A program made the translations under genes and the position numbers. Below the pieces are notes generated by a model. It searched no databases, had not been told where the DNA came from, and saw nothing but the letters and a program-made list of their open reading frames with translations. Positions 8,865 to 16,225 of a DNA stretch of 56,590 bases are shown piece after piece. The DNA is taken from positions 104,046-160,635 of the forward strand of contig CAYNKQ010000001.1 in assembly GCA_964397855.1 (NCBI GenBank), in the 5' to 3' direction. The DNA is from an uncultured Candidatus Saccharibacteria bacterium (GTDB taxonomy: Bacteria; Patescibacteriota; Saccharimonadia; Saccharimonadales; UBA7683). Within the stretch, counting starts at the first letter, position 1; the number at the start of each line of letters is the position of its first letter.

Positions 8865-9269
8865 CTAGCCTAACTTTTTATAGAGGTATGTAATAAGTGA
8901 AGTTGCAATTGTCATGGCTGCTATGACAATAATCAGGCCAATGAAACCACTAATCTGGACGTGTTGGCCAAAAAGTACTTCAATTGCTGCAAGAAAAACA
9001 AATTTTGAAAAAAACATGACCAACCAGACGCTAAACGCCATAGCTACCGCATTCGTTTTTTTACCAGCTTGTTTAAATTGAGAGACTACCCAGTCTTTGC
9101 ACGCAAATGTAGCATAGGTTAGCGCCTGCAGTACCACCGCCACCCCGAATGTAGTTGAATACGACCGTGTATATAAAATATCCGTGTAATCGTTAAAGAA
9201 TCCGAGTACAACTGAGTAGACGAGAACTCCCAGAACCATTTCACATAGCAACTTTTGCCTGTTTGTCAT
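8865..9269 (-). CDS. Small integral membrane protein (about 4 TM)
   Basis: 134-aa hydrophobic ORF. The -10-like TATACT lies 7 nt upstream of the ATG. It is probably co-transcribed with the hydrolase. Confidence 0.65.
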   Translation of the reverse strand: MTNRQKLLCEMVLGVLVYSVVLGFFNDYTDILYTRSYSTTFGVAVVLQALTYATFACKDWVVSQFKQAGKKTNAVAMAFSVWLVMFFSKFVFLAAIEVLFGQHVQISGFIGLIIVIAAMTIATSLITYLYKKLG

Positions 9270-9339
9270 AGGCTACAGTATATACAGTCATAGGTTATAG
9301 GCAAAACTTCATGTTTGGGGTGATAAGCGAGTTTTCTGC

Positions 9340-9640
9340 TTAGCTTGCTCTAGCATTTTCCTTGAGCATCTTTACTGCGTCTTTTAGTGAGCCAGCCGGA
9401 GTGATCGTGCCGCTATTTACGAACAGAATTTGATCAGCACCCTCAATGGTGTTTAGCCGGTGTGCAATCACTACGATGGTCGTTTCTTTCGGTAAGCTCT
9501 TAATAATGTCATCGAGTAGTTTTTCTGTGATGGTATCAACATTGGCTGTTGCCTCATCAAGAATAATTAGTTCTGGATGACGCAGCGCTGCACTAACAGC
9601 AGCCCCGTGTACAGCTTGCACTAAAGCTGCAGTAGAGCTA
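9340..9640 (-). pseudogene. Remnant of an ABC exporter ATP-binding domain (C-terminal third only)
   Basis: Encodes Walker B LIILDEATANVD, H-loop VVIAHRL and the C-terminal end. Walker A, Q-loop, the LSGGQ signature and any TM domain are all missing. The apparent N-terminus of the 122-aa ORF only overlaps the 3' end of the neighbouring CHAP gene. Confidence 0.7.
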
Positions 9641-9646
9641 CATACA

Positions 9647-10438
9647 TTAATATATGTAGGTAAAACTACTGGCTGAAGTGGTGCGACTGCTGACAACGCC
9701 CAGGCCACGCCAGTTCATTTCACTAACTGTAACGGTGCCATCTCCATTAACGCTTTCAATGTAGACAACGTGATTGCCTTGCTGGCCAATAGCACCTACA
9801 CGTGGCGCACTACCTGTTGCAAAACCCTGAGCGGCTGCGCTTGATACCCATGCACTGGCATTTCCCAGTCGGTTCGGTAGATCGGGCCGTCGGCTTTTCG
9901 CGTACCAAGTACAATAGCCAGCGGCATAGGTGTTGCCGGCAGAGCTGCCTCTGGGCTGTGCACTTGTAGTGCTACTTTGTCCAGATGAAATTTGTGGTGT
10001 TATCACAGTTGGTGCAACCACGGGTAGCGCGCGTTCGGCGAGCTGCTCTTCGGGTGTCGGAATGGTTATTACGTCACCAACATTAATTGTGTCTGGTTGA
10101 GCAATTTGCGTATTTTTCGCGAATAAACGAGTCCACTGAGTTTGGTTTGCCTCAGCGATCTTTGTTAACGTGTCACCGGCTACAACTGTGTACTGAACCG
10201 GAGCAGGTATTATTGGGGCGGCTGCTTCGACTTTCTGTTCTTCTTTTGGCTCTGGTTTAACTTCAGCTTCAACCTTCTTCTTCTGAGTGGTTGAATTGTC
10301 GGTTAACTTTATTGTTTCGTAATGAAAGGGGTCTTCTGTAATAGCAAGCTGCTTTGTTGAAAGCGCACTGACATTACCTGTTGATATAAATGCGAGCGCG
10401 CAAAATAACAGTCCCACCTTAAAAGCGGTGCTGATCAT
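9647..10438 (-). CDS. Secreted LysM + CHAP peptidoglycan hydrolase
   Basis: Signal peptide MISTAFKVGLLFCALAFISTGNVSA. LysM block YTVVAGDTLTKIAEANQTQWTRLFAKN...INVGDVITIP. CHAP block GNTYAAGYCTWYA...GNHVVYIESV with the Cys/His pair. SD AGGAGG lies upstream. Confidence 0.85.
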   Translation of the reverse strand: MISTAFKVGLLFCALAFISTGNVSALSTKQLAITEDPFHYETIKLTDNSTTQKKKVEAEVKPEPKEEQKVEAAAPIIPAPVQYTVVAGDTLTKIAEANQTQWTRLFAKNTQIAQPDTINVGDVITIPTPEEQLAERALPVVAPTVITPQISSGQSSTTSAQPRGSSAGNTYAAGYCTWYAKSRRPDLPNRLGNASAWVSSAAAQGFATGSAPRVGAIGQQGNHVVYIESVNGDGTVTVSEMNWRGLGVVSSRTTSASSFTYIY

Positions 10439-10733
10439 GGTTTGTTTCCTCCTAGTAAATGGATACGTTCATAATTAAAATGTAGGATTCGGTCGCTTGA
10501 CGGTGCCTACGAACGTGTCTTTGATTGGTGTTTCAAGGGCACAAGGGTCAATACTACACGACAATATTCACAAGTCAACGTTCGAAGATTTTGTCTTGGC
10601 GCTATATATAGCGTGACAGAGGGGATTCGACGCTACTGATAGAATGTAAATATAACAACGTAAGCGTAATAAGCGGGTGGAAATGCACGACAGAAATTGC
10701 GTACTCTTAATTTTTATGTTAAAATAGTATATT

Positions 10734-11405
10734 ATGTCACGAACCGAAGGCGAAATCGCGTACAGTGGTCAGCTGTTTCAAATACTACACCACCCAATAG
10801 AAGGTCGCGCAAGGCCATATGAGATTGTTCACAGAATTGGGTCAACTACCGTCTTGCCTATACTTTATGATCGACACGGCAGAGCTTCGGTTCTCACGAT
10901 CGAAAATACGCGACCGCACTATGGTACTTCACAAGAACTTCCTGGAGGCAACGAGAACTACTTTTTACAACCAGGCGACACTGGGCCAACAACAGTGCCT
11001 AACCCACTTTGTACGGGCCTGAAAGAACTTCACGAAGAAACGGGCTATGTTCAGGATGATCCAGGGGTGCTACCCGAACTCTACAGACTAAAAAACAGCA
11101 GTAGTACTATTGTGTACGATCGGCATCTGTTGGTTGTGAGGGGTCTGCTCTATGTTGCTGGCGAAGCAAAAAATCCACGGGAGCAGATTACGCTCAGGCC
11201 TACTGCAATCAAGGATTACTTAGAGCCGATATTCGAGCTCGAAAGACCAGAGCTACAGCCCGAGATTTCAATAGCACTTGCCCGAGCGGCTATGCAGCAT
11301 GGAAGAGATGCCGTGCTTGGTTGGCTCGAGACCGGTGAAGGTGTCGAGCATATACAGAAAAGCTTCTTCCCTGATCTTGAAGCTGTCGACATCAGCGGCG
11401 CTTAG
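10734..11405 (+). CDS. NUDIX-like hydrolase (divergent)
   Basis: LPGGNE...(insertion)...GLKELHEETGY resembles a Nudix box with an insertion. Leaderless-type promoter: TGtTAAAAT at 10717-10725, 8 nt before the ATG. Confidence 0.55.
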   Translation: MSRTEGEIAYSGQLFQILHHPIEGRARPYEIVHRIGSTTVLPILYDRHGRASVLTIENTRPHYGTSQELPGGNENYFLQPGDTGPTTVPNPLCTGLKELHEETGYVQDDPGVLPELYRLKNSSSTIVYDRHLLVVRGLLYVAGEAKNPREQITLRPTAIKDYLEPIFELERPELQPEISIALARAAMQHGRDAVLGWLETGEGVEHIQKSFFPDLEAVDISGA

Positions 11406-11477
11406 AGCTAAGCGATGGTATACTACTAAGTAGTAGCAATACCGTACTTATCTTTGCTGCGAAAGGAACTAGTCACC

Positions 11478-11891
11478 ATGAAGTTTATTAAGACCGTTTC
11501 AGCTCACTGCGATCTCTTCTGTGGAGTGTATGATCCTGCACAGGCCCGTATAGAAGCACAAGCTGTCTACAACGCAGTACACAAATACAATGAGTCTGAT
11601 GACGAAGTGTTTCGCCAACGTTGTGTCATTATAAAAGAAGAACGAGCTCAACTTACCAAAGAGCATTTGTGGGTACTTTGGACTGATTACTTTAAAGAAC
11701 CACATGTAGAAAAGTTTCCTGAGCTACATGATCTTTTCTGGCGCGCGACTAAGGCTGCGGGCGAAGCTAAAAAGTCTATGCACGAGGAAGATGCCCAAAA
11801 GCTCATTGATCTTGTAGACGAAGTTGGCTACCTATTTGCTAAAACCAAAGAAGGCTACAACTACGAAGCTGTAGTTAACAACTTGAAGTAA
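11478..11891 (+). CDS. sodN: Nickel superoxide dismutase precursor
   Basis: MKFIKTVSA|HCDLFCGVYDPAQARIEAQ matches the Ni-hook (canonical HCDLPCGVYDP) preceded by a short propeptide. ATG 11478 follows GAAAGGAA. The track start 11454 is TTG. Confidence 0.85.
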   Translation: MKFIKTVSAHCDLFCGVYDPAQARIEAQAVYNAVHKYNESDDEVFRQRCVIIKEERAQLTKEHLWVLWTDYFKEPHVEKFPELHDLFWRATKAAGEAKKSMHEEDAQKLIDLVDEVGYLFAKTKEGYNYEAVVNNLK

Positions 11892-12148
11892 TGCGCTGGC
11901 CGCTGTTCGTACGTCGAGTTGAGGGCCACAGTATGTTGCCAACTTTAGAGCCAGGTAAGATTGTTGTTGCCTCAGGGCTTCTAAAAGTTACCGTCGGTAA
12001 GATTGTCATTGCGCGGCACCAGGGTGGGGAAATTGTTAAAAGGGTTGCATCTATCCAACCAGAAGTTGTTGAACTAACGGGTGACAATAGTAGTTCTTCA
12101 CATAATGCACAAGTCAGCCCGACAGCAGTTATTGGAGTGGTTTTATAG
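11891..12148 (+). CDS. sodX: S26-family peptidase, Ni-SOD maturation protease
   Basis: The GHSMLPTL serine motif and VKRV lysine motif are those of signal-peptidase-like proteases. It lies immediately downstream of sodN, with the start overlapping the stop (TAATG). Confidence 0.7.
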   Translation: MRWPLFVRRVEGHSMLPTLEPGKIVVASGLLKVTVGKIVIARHQGGEIVKRVASIQPEVVELTGDNSSSSHNAQVSPTAVIGVVL

Positions 12149-12169
12149 TTTTGGTTTCTAGAAGTATAT

Positions 12170-12203
12170 TCTCAGGCAGCTCTCAGCTCAAGAGAGGTAC
12201 TAT
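12170..12203 (+). promoter_or_regulatory. Direct-repeat operator plus -10 element upstream of the response-regulator gene
   Basis: TCTCAG at 12170-12175 and again at 12181-12186, an 11-bp period. TACTAT at 12198-12203 lies 6 nt before ATG 12210, a leaderless layout. The same arrangement recurs at 14065-14097. Confidence 0.5.
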
Positions 12204-12209
12204 ACACGT

Positions 12210-12890
12210 ATGAGAATACTCGTTGTAGAAGATGAACATAAAATTGCCAATTCTATAAAGAAAGGGCTAGAAACACAGCGTTACGCGGTTGACGTTGCGT
12301 ATGAGGGCGAAACTGGCTTAGCTATGGCAGTTGATGAGCCCTACGATCTTATTATATTGGACAGAATGCTTCCTGGATTAGATGGAATAGAAATACTGCG
12401 ACAAGTTCGCGAAAAAAATATTCACACACCAGTACTGTTTCTCACCGCAAAAGATAAAGTACTCGATAGGGCTACCGGACTTAACGCTGGCGCAGACGAC
12501 TACTTGGTGAAACCATTTGCATTTGTTGAGCTAATTGCACGAGTTCGTGCGCTACTGCGTCGACCGGCCACAGCTCAGTCGACAGTCCTGAGTTACCAGG
12601 ATCTTAAGTTAGACCCAGAGGCCTCGCTTGTCACACGTGGCGAAACCGTCATTGACCTTAGCCAAAAAGAATTTGCATTACTAGAGTACTTTATGAATAA
12701 TCCAGATCGTCCGCTCAGCAAAGATTTGCTTATTGAGCATGTCTGGAACTATGACGCTGATATCTTGCCCAACACCGTGGAGGTCTATATTGGCTACTTG
12801 CGTACTAAGATTGACAAGCGGTTTCGTGAAAGCCCAGACTTAATCCATACAAAACGAGGGTTCGGTTATATATTTGGGGTAAAAGCATAG
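12210..12890 (+). CDS. OmpR/PhoB-family response regulator
   Basis: Receiver domain MRILVVEDE...DLIILDRMLPGLDG...LTAK. Winged-helix output domain LSQKEFALLEYFMNN...VEVYIGYLRTKID. Confidence 0.92.
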   Translation: MRILVVEDEHKIANSIKKGLETQRYAVDVAYEGETGLAMAVDEPYDLIILDRMLPGLDGIEILRQVREKNIHTPVLFLTAKDKVLDRATGLNAGADDYLVKPFAFVELIARVRALLRRPATAQSTVLSYQDLKLDPEASLVTRGETVIDLSQKEFALLEYFMNNPDRPLSKDLLIEHVWNYDADILPNTVEVYIGYLRTKIDKRFRESPDLIHTKRGFGYIFGVKA

Positions 12891-13903
12891 TGTTTCACAA
12901 GACTTCCCTCAGACTTACCGCAATGTATTTGGCTATTGTTATGGCAATTAGCCTTTCTTTTAGCTTGACGCTGTACAATCTCTCAATGAGAGAGTTCGAC
13001 CGCGGGTTTCGTCGTCAAGATGAGCTGATTGGTCGTATTCCAGTTGATGGATTCTTCCCGCCAAATTTTCAACGTAGATTTATTCAGAGTCGCGAGACGG
13101 CAGCCGAAGAAGCCAAGGCAAGAATTTTAAGTGAGCTAATATTGGCAAACGTTGCAATCCTAATGCTAGGCGGTGGTCTAAGCTACTTCTTGGCTAGAAG
13201 GACGCTTGAGCCTATCGAAGAAGCTCACCAGTCACTGGAACGCTTCACTGCTGACGCGAGTCACGAGCTCAGAACGCCAATTGCGGCAATGCGCTCGGAA
13301 GTAGAAGTTGCATTGATGCACCCAAAATTGAAAGTCGCAGAAGCTAAAGAAGTTTTACAAAGCAACTTAGAAGAACTCGACCGTCTTACGCAGTTGACAA
13401 GTGGTCTATTGAGCCTTGCTCGGTTAGAAGATGACACACTAGATGTTAAGAATCAGGCCGTTGAGCCAATTCTAAAAACCGCGGTAGAAAAAGTCAGCGC
13501 TACTTCAAAGCAGAAGAATATTTCGTTCGCAGTGGAGGTGAGCGGCGATAAGCTTTCGGCTAAAGCCGACAAGGCTAGTTTGCTTGAATCGTTGGTTATT
13601 CTTCTAGATAACGCCATTAAATATAGTCCGGCGGGCTCTACGGTTGAGATAAAAGCTCGCAGGAAGAAGGACAGAGTTGTTATTAGTGTTATCGACCACG
13701 GTCGAGGTATTAAGCCGAAAGACCTTCCGTATGTGTTTGATAGGTTTTATAGAGCGGATATCTCACGTTCACGGCAGGAAACGTCTGGACATGGCCTTGG
13801 CCTTGCTATTGCCAAACAACTGGTTGAACGTCAAGGCGCGAATATTTCACTTACAAGTACGCTTGGTCAGTCAACTATGGCCACCATAACACTAAGTTCG
13901 TAA
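12890..13903 (+). CDS. Sensor histidine kinase (HisKA + HATPase_c)
   Basis: Two TM helices and the H-box FTADASHELRTPI. N/G boxes LLDNAIKYS and DHGRGI...GHGLGLAIAK. The GTG start overlaps the stop of the regulator by 1 nt. Confidence 0.9.
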   Translation: MFHKTSLRLTAMYLAIVMAISLSFSLTLYNLSMREFDRGFRRQDELIGRIPVDGFFPPNFQRRFIQSRETAAEEAKARILSELILANVAILMLGGGLSYFLARRTLEPIEEAHQSLERFTADASHELRTPIAAMRSEVEVALMHPKLKVAEAKEVLQSNLEELDRLTQLTSGLLSLARLEDDTLDVKNQAVEPILKTAVEKVSATSKQKNISFAVEVSGDKLSAKADKASLLESLVILLDNAIKYSPAGSTVEIKARRKKDRVVISVIDHGRGIKPKDLPYVFDRFYRADISRSRQETSGHGLGLAIAKQLVERQGANISLTSTLGQSTMATITLSS

Positions 13904-14064
13904 CCCATTCAGCCAACTCAACAAGTTCTGGGTTTGTAGACAGTATTCTTCGCAGCTTCCTTTATTAATTTTGTCTTTTTGACGGACACAGTCTTTGATG
14001 AATAGGCGAGGCAGCTGAGCCGCATCGAGAGGCGTTATTTTTAAATGCTTTAACTACGTACATT

Positions 14065-14097
14065 TCTCAGCGGTAGCTCAGCATCAAGATCTATACT
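14065..14097 (+). promoter_or_regulatory. Direct-repeat operator plus -10 element upstream of the ABC transporter operon
   Basis: TCTCAG at 14065-14070 and GCTCAG at 14076-14081, an 11-bp period. TATACT at 14092-14097. Flanks TTCTCAG...CTCAGC..CAAGA are shared with 12167-12195. Confidence 0.5.
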
Positions 14098-14136
14098 TCC
14101 TACTAGTTTATAAGAATGTAGAAGAAAGGAATGTAG

Positions 14137-15525
14137 ATGAACGTTGTTTCAAGAGGAGTAAGAAATGCGTTTCGCAACGTGATTCGTTCGGGGTCAATTA
14201 CGCTAATTTTAGGTTTAAGCATTGGGCTGAGTTTAACAATGTTGCTAGCGCATCAGGCGGTAGATAATAAAATAGCATCGGTCAAAAGTTCAATTGGTAA
14301 CACGATTACGATCTCACCAGCTGGTGCACGTGGATTTGAAGGTGGTGGTGAGCCGCTAACAATTCAACAGCTTGCAGAAGTTGCGACAACCGAGAATGTT
14401 TCCAGCGTGATTCAATCGCTTAGCGACAGGCTCACAACAGAAAATACATCGCTAGTCTCAGCTATTGATGCCGGTACACTCGGCAATCGTGGTGCTGGAA
14501 ACTCTGGGGTTGGTTTCCAGGCACCGCCAGCCATGGATCGTTCTGATATGAATGGCAGCTCTGCTGGCTCAGGTCAACAGGTCTCTCGTACATTTACACC
14601 TCCAGTCACCATAACGGGCGTCGATAGTCTCTCTGATGCTTCGGTATACGGCGGAGGCACAGTAACCTACAGTAGCGGAGAGGCTCTTGACCCTACGAAA
14701 GATGAAGATGTAGCAGTCGTTGGCAAGGCCTTGGCTGAAAAGAACTCGCTTACTATTGGTTCTACGTTTAAGGCGTATGGTACAGACGTTACGGTTGCTG
14801 GAATTTATGATACCGGCAGCGTGTTTTCTAATAACGGGCTGATTGTACCACTAGCAGCTCTTCAGAGACTCTCTGGTCAGCCAGCAAGTGTGACAAGCGC
14901 GACAGTAACCGTGAACTCGATTGATAATGTTGAAAACGCAGTTAATTCTATTCAGACAGTACTTGGCGAAGCGGCTGATGTGGTGAGCCAAGTTGATAGC
15001 GCAGAGTCTGCGGTTGAGCCGCTTGAGAATATTAAGAAAATCTCTGTTTTCAGCCTTGTTGGTTCAGTGGTTGCAGGAGCCACGATAATTCTTCTTACTA
15101 TGGTAATGATTGTGCGTGAACGCAGAAGAGAAGTTGGAGTGCTTAAAGCAATTGGTGCTTCAAATACAAAAGTTGTTGTACAGTTTGTTGTTGAAGCTCT
15201 AGCATTAACTCTTGCTGGAGCCATTATTGGCATAGTCATGGGGTTCTTTGCGGCTCAGCCAATCACAAAAATGCTTGTCAGTAGCAGCGCAAACTCTAGT
15301 ACACAAAACAACACTGGCCCTGGCCAAGGTGGCCCGGGTGGAATGAGTCGGCGACGAGGTTTGAGGTCTATCGAAACAAATATTCAAGACGTAACTGCTA
15401 TTGTTGACATCCGAACCGTGCTATACGGACTTGGTGCAGCCATGGTAATAGCCTTTGTCGGCAGCCTTGTTCCCGCGCTACTAATTTCTAAAGTTCGACC
15501 AGCAGAAGTAATGAGAGCAGAATAG
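14137..15525 (+). CDS. MacB/FtsX-type ABC transporter permease
   Basis: N-terminal TM helix, a large extracytoplasmic domain, then a C-terminal three-TM FtsX domain (VFSLVGSVVAGATIILL...RRREVGVLKAIGAS...). SD AAAGGA lies upstream. Confidence 0.85.
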   Translation: MNVVSRGVRNAFRNVIRSGSITLILGLSIGLSLTMLLAHQAVDNKIASVKSSIGNTITISPAGARGFEGGGEPLTIQQLAEVATTENVSSVIQSLSDRLTTENTSLVSAIDAGTLGNRGAGNSGVGFQAPPAMDRSDMNGSSAGSGQQVSRTFTPPVTITGVDSLSDASVYGGGTVTYSSGEALDPTKDEDVAVVGKALAEKNSLTIGSTFKAYGTDVTVAGIYDTGSVFSNNGLIVPLAALQRLSGQPASVTSATVTVNSIDNVENAVNSIQTVLGEAADVVSQVDSAESAVEPLENIKKISVFSLVGSVVAGATIILLTMVMIVRERRREVGVLKAIGASNTKVVVQFVVEALALTLAGAIIGIVMGFFAAQPITKMLVSSSANSSTQNNTGPGQGGPGGMSRRRGLRSIETNIQDVTAIVDIRTVLYGLGAAMVIAFVGSLVPALLISKVRPAEVMRAE

Positions 15526-15532
15526 GAGATTC

Positions 15533-16225
15533 ATGTTAAAAGTATCAAATCTTACAAAAACGTTTAGTTCCAGCGGGGGAACGGTGACAGCTGTCAGGGA
15601 TATAAGCTTTGTAGTGCCAGAAGGCTCGTTCGCATCAATAATTGGCAAAAGTGGATCAGGTAAAAGCACGTTGCTTGCAATTCTCGGTGCACTTGATAAG
15701 CCCACCAGTGGAAAAATTGAAGTCGATGGTAAAGACATCACCAAACTTCGCGACCTCGGGCTGGCTTCGTATCGCAGTCAAAAGATCGGCTTTGTGTTCC
15801 AAAATTATAACCTTATACCCAATCTTACTGCACTAGAAAACGTTATGTTGCCAATGGAGTTTGCTCGAACCAAGGTGGGCGGCCGTAGGCAGCGTGCAGC
15901 AGAGCTGCTTCGTCAAGTTGGGCTTACAGCGGAGAAGCATTTACGTCGGCCAGGAAAACTGTCTGGTGGCGAACAGCAGCGCGTAGCTATTGCTCGTGCA
16001 CTCGCTAATAAACCAAGCCTCATACTGGCGGACGAACCTACCGGAAACCTCGATAGTCAAACAGGAAAAATGATCTTTGATCTTTTACACAACCTGGCTA
16101 AAACTGAAAATACAACTATTATTGCCGTTACTCACGATCTTTCAATTGCAGGTAAAACTGACGTAACCTTTACACTCAAGGATGGCAAGATCACTAGTAG
16201 TGAGAAGCAACGAAACCTTAGTTAG
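15533..16225 (+). CDS. ABC transporter ATP-binding protein (MacB/LolD type)
   Basis: Walker [10 protein letters not shown], signature [15 protein letters not shown] and Walker [20 protein letters not shown] lies upstream. Confidence 0.92.
   Translation: MLKVSNLTKTFSSSGGTVTAVRDISFVVPEGSFASIIGKSGSGKSTLLAILGALDKPTSGKIEVDGKDITKLRDLGLASYRSQKIGFVFQNYNLIPNLTALENVMLPMEFARTKVGGRRQRAAELLRQVGLTAEKHLRRPGKLSGGEQQRVAIARALANKPSLILADEPTGNLDSQTGKMIFDLLHNLAKTENTTIIAVTHDLSIAGKTDVTFTLKDGKITSSEKQRNLS

Noticed and set aside
9641-9708. Apparent N-terminus (MAWALSAVAPLQ...) of the 122-aa ABC-fragment ORF
   Set aside because: This part merely overlaps the 3' end of the LysM-CHAP gene and shows no ABC homology. The ORF is treated as a remnant, not an intact gene.
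10621-10632. GGGGATTCGACG, reminiscent of the 5' end of tmRNA
   Set aside because: No tRNA-like 3' end (GGTTCGA..CC...CCA), tag reading frame or pseudoknot region follows within the 295-bp spacer. The resemblance is probably chance, in a divergent promoter region.
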